A DNA stretch of 55,542 nucleotides. Source: Welwitschia mirabilis. Lineage: Eukaryota. Shown here one piece after another: positions 38,337-52,317 of the stretch (within the stretch, counting starts at the first letter, position 1; every line of letters starts with the position of its first letter). The DNA is taken from the NCBI GenBank assembly GCA_051453625.1, contig JBOZIK010000001.1, positions 3,222,760 to 3,278,301 of the forward strand, read 5' to 3'. A model generated the notes under the pieces. It ran no database searches. It saw only the letters and a program-made list of their open reading frames with translations, and was not told the origin of the DNA. A program made the translations under genes and the position numbers.

Positions 38337-39579
38337 TGTTAACATGTAAAAATCAATAATTATATTAAGCATTATAGGCCAATTTATTATAAATGAAGAT
38401 ATTAATTTAATTGTTTTAATCACAAAATATGTTTTCTATTATTTTTAAAATAAAATTAAATGTTATGTTTTTCTCCATATTAAATTGTAGATATTTATCC
38501 ACTTCTAGAATACATGGTGGGAAATGGACTTAATTCCATATAAAATGATGATGAAAAATGGAGAAATGAGGTAATGATACATAGTAAAAGTAATTGAAGA
38601 CACATGGTAGAGGCATGTGGATGTGGCATTAGAGACATGTGGCAATAGCGCTGACTGGTAAAGAAATTTGATTCAAAGTCCACATGTTGGACTTATCATG
38701 ATGAATATTCCATGAAATACAACATGATGAAGGCTCCATCAAACGCTACCTTAAGGCCTCCACCAAATTCTACAAGATAGAATCTTATGTATCTAATGCT
38801 AAATAATGAAGATTTTACCTAATGCTATAAGCCAAGAGTTGTAACCACTCCTTTCCTCTATCTCTCCCCTTAAACCCTTAATTATAGGCATCTTTGCCTT
38901 GAAGAAATTAGAGACTTTAAAGCATCAACTTATGATGGCTTTCTAGGCAACTCTTTGATGGAATCTAGTCTTCAAGGATTGTTGAGGAGTTCTTCTTACT
39001 TTCTTCTTTCTTTATTGTAAAGTTATTATTTTTGTAATGCAAAATTTATTTTTCTTTGATCTTGATTCATGAGTAATATCATAATTAGGATGATTAGATA
39101 ACTTCTTTAATTATCAAGTCTAATTTAGTTATATGAACTCCTCTTATTACTTAGTATCTTAACTTCATAGATCTTGAGTGCTTTACAATTCCTTACTTTT
39201 TATTGTTATTTAAGATTAAAATGTTACTTGAATTCATTATTTATCATATGATGGATGAGATTATACCTCATCAATTAGACAAAAAGCCCTTGATGGTTTT
39301 TATTATTTTGCAAGAAGGTGGTTGGATAACTTTGAAGTAAAGAATTGTGAAGGACAAATTGATGATACCTTATAGCTAGTTTACTTTTCTATCCTCTCAA
39401 ACAAATTTTAAACCCAATTCTAAATTTCGTCTCTTCTCCCTTTTAATTTTCTTTTGGTAAATTCCATTATGATTAAAGTTAATGTAATTATAAGAAATAC
39501 CAATTTTATTCTTGAGGAAGAACAATACTAAGTGTTGTACTTAGTTTAAATATGAGACATTGTACTATAAAGTTAATCA
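38337..39579 (+). repeat. 5' LTR of Athila B
   Basis: TGTTAACATG...GTTAATCA; colinear with 47529-48787. Confidence 0.93.
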
Positions 39580-40579
39580 TATTTTGGCACTACTACTACT
39601 AGGAATAACGACATGGTAGTAGCTTAGAGTAATACTATTTTTTCTTTTTACAAGTTTTTATTTTTCTAGTGGAGTTACTGGTCCTTCTTCCAATGATACC
39701 TGAACTGGTCCCTTTTTCCTCTTTTTTTTCTTTATGTTTCTTTTTCTTTTCTTTCTAATGATTGATACTGATCCTTCCAGTGTTATACTAAACTGATTCC
39801 TTTTTGTTGTTTTTGATTTCATAACTTGTTTTTTGCAAGTCTTAACATTTGTTGCACATTTATTTTGAGAGAGGAAAAAAAACTCTAAAAACTTAAGGAG
39901 GAAAAAAAAATTCTAATCAAACTTTATGATTACATTATGTGATTTTCCTTTTTGTTACATTTTCTATGTTTTTACATGCATATAAAAATTAAAATTTTAT
40001 TAAAACTAGTTTGTGATTCTTATTATGTTTTACTTTGTCATTTTATGGTATTTTTAAATGATTAAAATCTTTATAAATTTTCTCATGATTTCACTTGATT
40101 TTATTTATGTCTCTGTTTTATTTCATTATAACCTTGACACTGTAAACATTTTGCCTATTATTTTGAAACTTCTTGTAACCATCTAAACCTATCTCTTGCA
40201 TGATCTAGACCTATTATAGAATAGGAAGATTAACCTAAGATAACATGGACTCCTTTACCAATCTTTAAAGGATGATATAACTTAGAACCCAAACTGAGCT
40301 CATGAGGACTCTCAAGAATAAACCTTAACTATATAAAATAATCAAAAAATCAAATTACCTTACCACAAGATAATCCAAATGACTTACTTAATTCCTTTTA
40401 TGGAACCTTATCAAATCAAGAAATTCTCAATAGGTTATAAACTTATTATTTCATCCAAGAAATGGCTAAATGGCAAGTTTCCCTCTTGAATGCTGTAAAT
40501 CAACTTAGGTAAACCCTTTGTAATTACCTCTAATCGCAAATCTTAGGAACATCTTCTTGCATAGTACTACCACATATTA

Positions 40580-43500
40580 ACTAAAGGATAGAATTTAAAC
40601 CTTCCACTATCCAACTATTACTCCATTTTCATGGNNNNNNNNNNCTTGAATCTGAAGATCCTTACTTACATCATAAGGAATTTAAGTGTGTCTTATCAAG
40701 CATCCCTCAATAGCCTAATACTCATCATGTACTTATACTTACTTTATTATATTTTTTCCTTTTAAAAAAGGGCAAAATCTTAGTTGTACACCTTGAAACC
40801 CTTCTCCATTATAAATTAGATAGAATTGAGTAAAGCCTTTATTTCTAAGTTCTTTCCTACTCATAAGATAAATGCCTTTAGAAAAGAATTTATAAACTTT
40901 TAATAGAAAGACCATGAAACCTTCTCCTAGACCTTAAAAAGATGTAAATATTTATTATTAAGATGCCCCCAATAGGATTTCAAATAATGTAGAGAGATGA
41001 GTTTTTTTATAATGAGTCATCCACAAATAATTGTCAACTAGTGGAAATAATGAGTCATGCTAACTTCCTTAGCATGCCCTTAGATGAGGTTTGGAGTATC
41101 TAAAAAGTGTATCTGAAATATTGAAAAATTGGGAGACACTAATAGAACATTCAAAATCACATCATCTAGTTAAGTCAACCAGTTTCTTCAAGATCTTAGA
41201 AAACTTGGAGATGAATAACAAAATTGACAAACTAATAAAAAAGTTAAAATCATTAATTTCCTCATCCTCAACATCACCTATGGTCACTAAGCCTTAGTGT
41301 TTAATTTACCATATTGACACTCATGAAACTACTAAATTACCATATATCCCATTATTTCAAAACATAGTAATGAATAGGTAAATGTAGTAGGACAATGGTA
41401 AAATCCCAAAAATAATTCATACTTAAAGACTTATAATCCTAGTTGCCGTAATCCTCCAAATTTCTTTGGAAAACAAGACAACATTTCATAACAAAATGTT
41501 TAGCTTAAGAATTCATTTTCCTTATCTTCTAATTCTTATCCTTCATCTTCAAACCATAAAATATCTTTATCTAACTCATCAAATGATACTTTCAAAATGT
41601 CCATGGAAAAATAAGAATAAATAAATCAAAAGTTTTACTAGATCTAAACCAACTCCAACAAATCACTAATCACATTCTTTCATTAATAAACCAAAGAAAA
41701 ATATGAAAACTCCTTGAGCACCCAACTATATTCAAAAGAAGTTAGATTTGTATAAGGCATAGAACACATAAAATAAACCAAGTCTATACACCTTAGGAGT
41801 GGAAAAGAGCTAGAAAATCCATTCATACAAAATAAGCCTAAGGATAAATAAGACCTCACAAAAATAAGGAAAAGGATAAGAGTGAAGATTTATTGCCTAT
41901 TTATAAAGAGTCATTACCCTTTCCCAAACAACTTAGGAAGGAAAATATAATGAAAAACAATTAAGATCTAGAAATTTTCAAAGAAGTTAAAATAAACATT
42001 CCCCTTCTAGAAGCCATCAAATAGATCCCTTCCTATGATAAAATCTTGAAGGACTTATGCACTATAAAAAGGGGAATGACTGTTAAATTTAAATNNNNNN
42101 NNNNNNNNNNNNNNNNNNNNNNNNNNNNNNNNNNNNNNNNNNNNNNNNNNNNNNNNNNNNNNNNNNNNNNNNNNNNNNNNNNNNNNNNNNNNNNNNNNNN
42201 NNNNNNNNNNNNNNNNNNNNNNNNNNNNNNNNNNNNNNNNNNNNNNNNNNNNNNNNNNNNNNNNNNNNNNNNNNNNNNNNNNNNNNNNNNNNNNNNNNNN
42301 NNNNNNNNNNNNNNNNNNNNNNNNNNNNNNNNNNNNNNNNNNNNNNNNNNNNNNNNNNNNNNNNNNNNNNNNNNNNNNNNNNNNNNNNNNNNNNNNNNNN
42401 NNNNNNNNNNNNNNNNNNNNNNNNNNNNNNNNNNNNNNNNNNNNNNNNNNNNNNNNNNNNNNNNNNNNNNNNNNNNNNNNNNNNNNNNNNNNNNNNNNNN
42501 NNNNNNNNNNNNNNNNNNNNNNNNNNNNNNNNNNNNNNNNNNNNNNNNNNNNNNNNNNNNNNNNNNNNNNNNNNNNNNNNNNNNNNNNNNNNNNNNNNNN
42601 NNNNNNNNNNNNNNNNNNNNNNNNNNNNNNNNNNNNNNNNNNNNNNNNNNNNNNNNNNNNNNNNNNNNNNNNNNNNNNNNNNNNNNNNNNNNNNNNNNNN
42701 NNNNNNNNNNNNNNNNNNNNNNNNNNNNNNNNNNNNNNNNNNNNNNNNNNNNNNNNNNNNNNNNNNNNNNNNNNNNNNNNNNNNNNNNNNNNNNNNNNNN
42801 NNNNNNNNNNNNNNNNNNNNNNNNNNNNNNNNNNNNNNNNNNNNNNNNNNNNNNNNNNNNNNNNNNNNNNNNNNNNNNNNNNNNNNNNNNNNNNNNNNNN
42901 NNNNNNNNNNNNNNNNNNNNNNNNNNNNNNNNNNNNNNNNNNNNNNNNNNNNNNNNNNNNNNNNNNNNNNNNNNNNNNNNNNNNNNNNNAATGGATTAAT
43001 GGAAAATGCTATGAAGTTATCTTTGAATGATGAAGGGATAGAGAACATAGATAGGGTAAAATCTCTTGTTAAGAATCAAGAATACACTTCTCATTCTTTT
43101 AAAAATGATAAAATTAGAAAGTCTCAAGAAATGTGCCCCATAACCCAAAACAAAATTGACTTATAACTCAAACCCTCACCTAATAATCTTAAATATGCTT
43201 TCTTAGGGAATAACTTTGTCTTTACGGTAGTCATAAACTCTTTATTGAGCCCATCCAAAGAAGATTAATTTCTTAGACTCTTAAGAAAGAATAAACAAAA
43301 AATAGGATGGATTCTCTCTAACATTAGAGGCATTGACCCCAGTATTTGCATGTACCATATCTACTAAGAGAAAAATAGTAAACCATTAGTTGAAGCACAA
43401 CATAGGATAAATCCAACTATGTGTGAAATTATTAAAAATAAGGTAATTAAACTTCTCAATAATGGGATTATCTATCCTATTTCAGATAGTAAGTGGTAAG

Positions 43501-45985
43501 TCCAACTCATACCATAGCTATTAAATTAGGAATGAACCTTATCCCTAATGAGAATAATGAGCTTATCCCTATTAAACCTATTATAAAATGAAGGATGTGT
43601 ATTAATTATAAAAAACTAAATGCTATATCTAGAAAAGAGCATTTTTGTCTTCCTTTTCTAAATCAAATTTTAGAATAACTCATAGGACATTCTTTTTACT
43701 ATTTCTTAAATGGTTGCTTAGGTTATAGCCAAATTGAAATTGCTACTAAAGATCAAGATAAAACCTTCTTCACTTATCTCTATGAAATATTTGCTTACAA
43801 ATGAATGCTCTTAGGCTTATGCAATGCACTTCCACTTTCCAATGTTGGATGTTTGGAATCTTCTCTGATTCAGGTTTTGAATTATTAATGGATGACTTTT
43901 CAATTTATGAAACTTCATTTAACCATTATTTAAGTAACTTAGAACATGTCCTTAAAAGATGCATTACAAAATGCATTGTACTCAACTAGGAAAAATACCA
44001 CTTTATGATAAATCAAGGTATAGTTTTAGGACATGTCATCTCGAAGGAGGGAATTTAGGTAGATCCTATTAAGATATCATTGATCACATACCTATCAACC
44101 TCCTAGAAACAAAAAGACATTAGATCTTTCTTAGGGCACACAAGATATTATAGGCAATTCATTAAGTATTTTATCAAAATTTCTAAACATTTATGTGATC
44201 TTTTAAGCAAGGATGCTTTCTTTGAATGAAATCTAGAGTGTCAAAATGAATTTGAATAAATTAAAACTAACTTCCACATCCATTATCCAACCACCTAATT
44301 AGAAGTTATCTTTTGAACTTATGTGTTATGTAAGTGACTTTACAATAGAAGCAATGTTAAGATAAAGAGTTGATAAAAATCAAACTGTAATTCACTATAA
44401 TAGTAAAACCTTAAATAATGCTCAAATCAATTACACTATCATAGAGAAGGAGCTTCTAGCTATTTTCTTTATCTTTAAAAAATTTAGGCAATATCCTTTA
44501 GGATCTAAGGTAATTATTTACATTGATCACTCAACCCTTAGATATCTTTTTGTTAAAAAGGATTCAAAACATATCTTATTAGATGGATCCTCCTTCTTTA
44601 AGAATTTGATTTACATATTAAGAATATGAAAGGCTTTAATAATGTTATTGTAGATTACCTTTCACACATATCTCCAAATAATCTATAAACATTTTTACTT
44701 ATTGATGATACTTTTCCTAACAAACATCTCTTTCAGTCAAAGAAATACTTGGTTTGTAGATATTACTAGTTATTTTGTTTATAAAACTATTCCTTTCCAC
44801 TAGATCATTAATGATTAAAAGAGGTTATTAAGCTAATATTTCTTTTTGGATAGCCCCTACCTTTTTAAATATTACTCAGATCAAGTCATTTACAAATGTA
44901 TCCCTCAAAGTAACATCTAAGAAATACTTAAACATTATCATTTTGAGTCTTGTAAGGCTTACTACTTAGCTAACAAGACTGTAATAAGAATCCTCTAATT
45001 CAGTTTTATTAGTGATCAATTTTTAAAGACTCCTATCTTTACTATAAATCTTGTGATAAATATTAATATTTAGGAAGTCTTTCTCATAGAAAAATGATAT
45101 CATTAAATCCCAGCCTGTCTCTTGAACCCTTCGACATATGGGGAATTGATTTATAAGGCCCTTATCCATCATCTAGTGGGCATTAATGTATTCTTATTTA
45201 TATTAACCATGTAGTTAAATGGATCAAAGCTTATGGTTGTCAACAAAATGATGCTAAAACTATAGTTAAATTCTTTAAAAATAATGTTTTAACTCATTTT
45301 AATTATCCACATGTTTTAATTAGTGATGAAGAGACACACTTTTGTAATAAAATATTCAATAACCTTCTCACTAAATATGGGGTTACACATAAAGTTGCAA
45401 CATCTTATCACCTTTAAACAAGTAGCCAAGTTGAGGTTACACATAGGGAACTTAATAAAATCCTTTAAAAAGTAGTAAACTTAATATAAAAAGACTGGTC
45501 TTTTAGACTTAACAATGTCTTATGGGTGTATTACATGGCTTATAAAACACCCTTAGGGATGTTACCTTTTTGATTAATCTATAGTAAATCATGTCAGTTA
45601 CCTATATAACTTGAGCATAGGGCTTACTAGGTGATCAATAATATGAACTTAGACTTAGAGGTCACAAAGAAAAATAGCGCCATACAACTTAATGGACTAG
45701 ATAAAAATTAGAAGTGATGGCTATAATAGCATAAGAATAAATAAGGATAGGATGAATAAGTTTCATGATTAATATATCCTTAGAAAAACTTTTCAGAAGG
45801 GAAAACTAATCTTACTATGTAACTCACACTTACATCTTTTTCTAGGAAAGCTAGTAGCTTAGTGGAAGGAATCTTTCTTAATAAAAAAAAGGTTTTGCCA
45901 CATAGAGTTATTTTCATTGAAAATACCAAAAACAATTAACTCCTTAAAGTTAACGAACATCATCTAAAACATTATCACTCATTTC
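40580..45985 (+). pseudogene. Athila B gag-pol remnant (protease presumably in the 42095-42989 gap)
   Basis: gag 'ESEDPYLHHKEF' and 'FISKFFPTHK'; 'VKINIPLLEAIK*IPSYDKILKDLCT'; RT 'MCINYKKLN' and 'FELLMDDFSIY' (~43885-43899); RNase H 'YTIIEKELLA'; integrase 'PFDIWGID', 'LISDEETHFCN', 'KVNEHHLKHY'. Confidence 0.92.
42095..42989. other. Assembly gap (others at 3355-3454, 18825-18853, 23758-23857, 27024-27123, 28731-28885, 40635-40644, 46664-46763, 49504-49603)
   Basis: Runs of N. Confidence 0.99.
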
Positions 45986-47528
45986 ACAATCCTTTTAAAC
46001 CTTATCATTTACTACATCCATTGTTGAACTACTCTATCAAATTCACAACCATCCACTCAAACCATCAACCCATGAGTTTTTGAGACTTATTGATCCAAGT
46101 TAAAAGCCCTTAAAACAAAAATTAATAATAAGTGATCATGTTATCATTTGAGTAATGATTAATATCTAGTTTACTAATGAGTTTTTAAGGGAAAGAATGC
46201 TTATTTTAAGCAGGCTATTAAGAAAGCATTTACTTAGGGGCTTTGGTTTTGGAAAAACTTAGTTAAAATGGTGGAGTCTACCTTTACATGTGATTTTTAA
46301 GTAAAAAATCCTTTAATAGGGATAAGATTTGTCTTTAATAGGCTAATGAGATAATTACCCCCCTAAAAGTGCATAAAAAATATGTATGGGAATATGAAGC
46401 AAAGAAAATAATATATCTTTTCTCAAAAAGCACATAACACTAATCATGTAGTTAGTTCTAGTTAACTACATCAAGGTTATGAATGCCTGCTAGTAACGTA
46501 GATCTAATGATTTGTTTGTGACATGTTTAACTGCATTGGATTTATAAATGCTTACTGGTAATGCAACACTAATTTCTACATTATAAAACATGCTTAACTC
46601 TATTGGCAAAAAATGTCATAACACTGGATGCTCAATGTGGTTTAAAGGCATAATACTAAGGACNNNNNNNNNNNNNNNNNNNNNNNNNNNNNNNNNNNNN
46701 NNNNNNNNNNNNNNNNNNNNNNNNNNNNNNNNNNNNNNNNNNNNNNNNNNNNNNNNNNNNNNNAACATGCTTAACTCTATTGGCAAAAAATGTCATAACA
46801 CTGGATGCTCAATGTGGTTTAAAGGCATAATACTAAGGACATATGTAAAAGTGGATATGAAAAATAAAGAAATAAAAAGATGGAAATTGAAGGCCTTATG
46901 TAAACTATTATCTCTTTACTTTCATACTGAGGTTTTACATTGATTCCTTATATTCTTATGGGTTACTTGCTTAAAAATTAACTTGGTTAATAACACGGTC
47001 AATTGAAAAATACAAAATTTAATAAAGGACAGATAAATTAGGATAGTTTACTTATTTATTCATTAGTTTTTGGTTTTAATCCATTCACCCTTTTTCCATC
47101 TCATTTACCTCACATCACTTCACCACATTCCACTTCTTATCATTTTTATGAGAATTAACTCCTATGGCATTAACTATTTTTATGAGTAGTTTTTCCACTT
47201 AGAACATGTTTAGTTGTAAATAGCTAGTCTTTTTTCTTAGCTTAATTTTATTTTCAATGGAATAACTCTTTGTGATTTCTCTATGCCTATTTTCTCAAAT
47301 AACTTAATATTTTCATCATAAAATTTGAGGACAAAGTTGAGTTTGATTAGGGGATGCAGCATCTTAATTTTCACATTGATGCCTTGATTACATAAAATTG
47401 GTCATTAAATTTTTAAGTTATATCATTGGCACATTTGACATGCTCTTGAAACAAACAAATTTTCCATGTTTAACCATTTTGTTATCAACATTTTGCTAAT
47501 GCACTAGTAAAATACTAGTTAGGAGGTG

Positions 47529-48787
47529 TGCTAACATGTAAAACTTGATAATTATATCAAGTGTTTTAAGCCAATGTTTTATAAATGAATATATTAATTT
47601 AATTATTTTAATAATAAAATATGTCTTTTATTATTTTTAAAATAAAATTAAATGTTATGTCTTTCTCCATATTAAATCATAAATATTTAGCCACTTTTCT
47701 AATACATGATGGAAAATGGACTTAATTCCACATAAAACAATGATAGAAAACGGAGACATGAGATGGTAACAGGTAGCAGAAGTAATCAAAGACATGTGGC
47801 AAAGGCATGTGGAGGTGGCATTAGAGACATGTGGCGATAACACTGGTTGGTAGAGGAATTTGACTTCAAAGATCACATGTTGGACTTATCATGACGAAGA
47901 CTCCCCTAAATACAACATGATGAAGGCTCCATCAAACGCTACCTAATAGCCTCAACCAAATGCTACAAGATAGAATTTTATATACCTAATGCTACATTAT
48001 GAAGATTCTACCTAATGCTATAAGCTAAGAGTTATAACAACTTCTCACCCCAATCTCTCCCTATAAAAGAGCCTTAAACCCTTCATTGTAGGCATCTTTG
48101 CCTTAGCGAAATTGAAGACTTTGGAGCATCGACTTGTGATGGCTTTCTAGCGACTCTTTAGGGGAGTGAGATATTCTTTTAAGATTTCTAAGAAGTTATT
48201 CTTGCTTTTTTATTCCTTTGTTATAATTTTGTTCTTTTTGTAATGCAAAATTTATTTTTCTTTGATCTTGATTTATGAGTAGTATCATAATTAGGATGCT
48301 TAGATAACTTCTTTAATTATCAAGTTTAGTTTAGTTATGTGAATTTCTCTTATTACTTAGTCTTTTTAATTTTATAGATTTTGAGTGCTTTACAGGTCCT
48401 TACTTTCTATTATTATTTAATATTAAAGTTTTAGTTAAATTTAGTATTTATCATTTGTTGGATGAGATTATGCTCTATGAATTAGATAGAAAGCACTTGA
48501 TGGTTTTTATTATTTTGTAGAAAGATGATTAGATAACTTTGGAGTGAAGTATTATGAAGGACAAATTGACAATACCTTGGAGATAGTTAACTTCCATACT
48601 CTCTTAGACAAATTTTAAAACCAATTCTAAATTTCATGTATTCTTCTCTTTTATTTCCTTATTGTAACTTGCATTAGTATTAAAGTTAGTGCAATTTTAG
48701 CCAATACTCAAGGTTATCCCTGAGAAAGAATGATACTAGGGGGTGTACTTGGTTTAAATCCAAGTCATTATACTATAAAGTTAATTA
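47529..48787 (+). repeat. 3' LTR of Athila B
   Basis: TGCTAACATG...GTTAATTA, directly after the PPT. Confidence 0.93.
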
Positions 48788-48792
48788 ATCTT

Positions 48793-49300
48793 CTCCAATG
48801 TCACATATTGAATTTACAATATTAGAAACTCTAGTAAAGTACTTATGAACTTATTATTCATGGTTCATCTTGAGATCTTTAAACTAATTTATCCATATGA
48901 GAAGATTTGATTGTTTTACAACTAAAGTTCATTCATATGTTTCAATAAGAACATTCCAAATTTCTTATGCTATTTTATAACCTACTATTTTATTGAACTC
49001 TTCTATAGATAAAATATAATAAAGGACATTTTTATCTTTAGAGTTATACATAAAATCAACTTTCTATTTGTATTTCTAATCATTTCTGGTTTTGATCTAG
49101 GTAATGGTATTACCTTTAGCATTTATTTTGGTTTTAGTAAGATCTGTGTAACCTTCTTATATGCTTTACCATACCTAAAACTCAAAAAAGTATAAGCACA
49201 CCCACATGCTCATCTTCCAATAGGTATAGTTTATTTCATAAAAGAGTGGAGGTCTAACTAATGGCATCCTTTCCATTGTTTACTTAAGAAAGTTGCTTCT
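48793..49300 (-). pseudogene. SIRE gag, N-terminal part
   Basis: 'VRPPLFYEINYTYWKMSM...LSIEEFNKIVGYKIA*EIWNVLIETYE...FTRVSNIVNSICDIGED'. Confidence 0.88.
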
Positions 49301-49327
49301 TTTCATAAGTTCCTACTTTGATATCAC

Positions 49328-51067
49328 TGAAGGATCATTAAAATTAGAGGAAAGGGGTGAATGAATTTCATCAAATAAATTTAAACTAATAATAAAATGG
49401 AAATGCATAATAAACAATACCTTACCAAGATAATATGGTTCCCTAACCTAGGTACGTTTACATACAGAGGGTAGCTTCTACTCACACTTGTAGATATTCT
49501 TGANNNNNNNNNNNNNNNNNNNNNNNNNNNNNNNNNNNNNNNNNNNNNNNNNNNNNNNNNNNNNNNNNNNNNNNNNNNNNNNNNNNNNNNNNNNNNNNNN
49601 NNNAAGATAATATGGTTCCCTAACCTAGGTACGTTTACATACAGAGGGTAGCTTCTACTCACACTTGTAGATATTCTTGATCTATAAGAAAATAGTGGTT
49701 TTTTAGCATACCACCAATATTACAACAAATAAGAGTCTTATTACAAGGTAGCATTTTCTTTCCTACAAGGAAATAGTGGTTTTTATAGGTGCACTACGAA
49801 CCTTACAATAGTGAGAGTCTCCTTGCAAGGTAGTACTGTCTCCTCTATAAGGGAATAGTGGTTTTTATAAGTGCATTATAGATTTTGCAATAGTGAGATT
49901 CTTCTTACAAGGCATCACTCTCTTTTTCATAACAAAATAATGGTTTTCTAGATTATCAATAATCTTATAACAAATAAGTACTCATAGGTACTATCTCAAA
50001 TGCACATCCATTCAATATTACCTTATAAAGAGATTAATTCAATAATGGACTTACAATAATATTCAATAATAAGATAGTTTACAATGTAAAATCAAAAGTA
50101 CAATGTAATAATAAGTCTATAGATTTAGCTTTAATGAATATTTTATATCCTTGTTGTTATTATCATTATAAGTGTAAATGAAGAATGTAGTAATGGAAAT
50201 CCAAGAGTGAATGATAAAAGTAACAAAAGATTCTTTTAAAATGATTCCTTTAATTATTTTTGAGAATTTTATTTCACCTATGTGTTCTTTATTCTTGATC
50301 TGATCATTATTTTCTAAGATTTAAAAGATGAGTATTTATTGAGGTCTGAATTCTTCTTATTTATTTTGTGATGTTGAGGCTTTATATGGTTAAAGATGAT
50401 CTAGCCATTTAAGCTTGAAAGTAGCCATTTAACTCTGTAATTATTGTGCAACAGATAGAAAACATTTAGGTGTCAGGTGTGTAACTTTATTTTTTATCAA
50501 CATGAACTTTAGTCCAAGACATATTCATTTTTATAGATATCTACTAATAGTTAGATGTATTTACCTTGTAGACATATTTAGTCAACTTACTCATATTTTG
50601 ATGAAACATACTCTATATATCTATGGACCTTTATGATCATGTATTTGCAATGTACAAGTTGATAGCTTATTTAAAAAATAAGATACTAGTTAAAAACTAG
50701 ATTAACTATGTTACTTATTTCAGCATAGTATAAATATCTTCAAACATGTAGACATCTTCATCTATGTTAAGTTTAACTTTCAGCATAGTTATCTTAATGA
50801 GATAGTTGTCTTAAGTCTGTGACATGATTTTTGATACATTCAAGATTCCAATTTCCTACATGTCTTCACCAGAGATGTATTTAATTTTCCAGACATCTTT
50901 AGACAAGTGATTTTGTAGTTTAGCATTTCATCAGTTTTATGAGATATTGTCTTTGAAGATTCATCATAGTCTAAGGCCTATTAATATCTAATGTTCTTAG
51001 TATTGGCCTATCTACATAATAACATAAAATAGTTGATAAGTAAAATTATTAAAACTAAATTTACCAA
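49328..51067 (-). repeat. SIRE 5' LTR (terminal 2 nt displaced by the A3 insertion; contains a gap)
   Basis: Colinear with 32023-33590. Ends TTTACCAA where the sister LTR reads TTTACCAACA. Confidence 0.88.
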
Positions 51068-52317
51068 TGTTATGATGTGAATTTATGTAATCTTGAAGAC
51101 CTTTAGGTAAACCTATAAACCAAATAACGTGCAGAAAAACACATACTAGTATAGATAGAAGTTCACCTAAATGTCATAACCCCAATGAAGGCACTAGGCT
51201 CAGATTAGAGAATTGATTTCTAAAGATATTTTAAGTATTTTATCTTTTAATAACTAAAAGTAAATAACAAAGTAAAATGCAATGAAATGAAAATGGAGAT
51301 GAAATGCAAATGAAAATAAAATGAATTCTATTAGATTTTATTCCTCCTGTCACAAAAACTAGATCTTTATAATTTAAATCAATTAAGAAGAGTACTCAAC
51401 TTATTCCTAATTAATGTGAACAATGAAATATACTAAGTAGAATCTGGAATGCAATGTGAAATGGAAATGGAATAACCATGCAAATCTAATACTCACAAAA
51501 GTCAACATTCACACAGGTTGTCCTAATGATATAAATAAATTACAAGGCTATGACTTAAACTATAATCAACTTAAACCATAAGAGATATAAATAGAATTAG
51601 AATTAAGAAGAGTAATTGTATTGACTTTAAAGAACTTTACATCCACTTATAACAAAGTAGTAGCACCTTAATGGAAGAAACTTAGCATAACACCAAGAAA
51701 ACTCCTTTCTGTAGCTGCTGGATGGAACTCTTATCCTTCAATGTTTTATCATAAGCATATCAGATATAAAATATGACAAAGAAATAAAGGAGGGGAAGGG
51801 TATTTATAGTTTTACATTGAGGTTCTAGAAACTCAACTCTAGAAGTCAGAAAAGAAATCCTAATAGCTCAAATGAATTGCTTGACCCCATTGTAAAGATA
51901 ATTTTGTTTGACCATTAAAAAATAGATATCGTCCTAACTATTGTGGGGATGACAGAGGAGCTGTCATCCTATGTTAAAAGGAACTTTATTAGCTTCATGT
52001 CCTACTATAAACTCCACAACTTTTTTCCATGTCAGCAGTGCTATCATCCTACCTATTGTGTGGACAATAGAGGGGATGGCATACTTCCTTATCTTCAATC
52101 TCAAAAGTAAGTTAGTATTTTTCATGATGAATCCTTCTTCTAAGTATGTAGTATTAGAATCATCCTAAGAAACCTCCAAATATGCTAAGAATTACCTATT
52201 TTATTGATCATCCTATCAGATCTCCATAATCATCAATATTGCATCTAAACTTAAATAAATGTCCTACAAAAGCACTTTAAACAAATCATAAAATTCCTAC
52301 AAATTGGCATCACAACA
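51068..52317 (-). repeat. 3' LTR of copy A3
   Basis: rc TGTTGTGATG...CATCATAACA, a 10-bp terminal inverted repeat with one mismatch. Confidence 0.9.

Larger units (their letters stand above)
38337..48787 (+). mobile_element. Full-length degenerate Athila-type Ty3/Gypsy element (family B), TSD ATCTT
   Basis: LTR pair, degenerate tRNA-Asp-like PBS (~39585-39605) and PPT (~47516-47528). ATCTT at 38332-38336 and 48788-48792. The host gag reading is restored on excision. Confidence 0.93.
32023..51067 (-). mobile_element. SIRE (Sirevirus, Ty1/Copia) element, pol-deleted, retaining gag and an env-like ORF, with a nested Athila
   Basis: Two colinear ~1.6-kb LTRs; degenerate PBS-Met at rc 49315-49326; SIRE-like LTR 3' motif ATTCACCCC..TCCTTCA; gag 'RPPLFYEINYTYWK'; PPT-like tracts at ~33591-33605 and ~34368-34385. 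Confidence 0.88.

Noticed and set aside
42046-43048. Longest ORFs in the track (317 and 319 aa)
   Set aside because: They consist almost entirely of N-gap.
46587-46840. Identical 77-bp direct repeat giving a duplicated peptide in ORF 46590..46943
   Set aside because: It is an exact overlap on both sides of a 100-N gap, i.e. a scaffolding artefact. The same applies to 49427-49680 and ~3303-3504.
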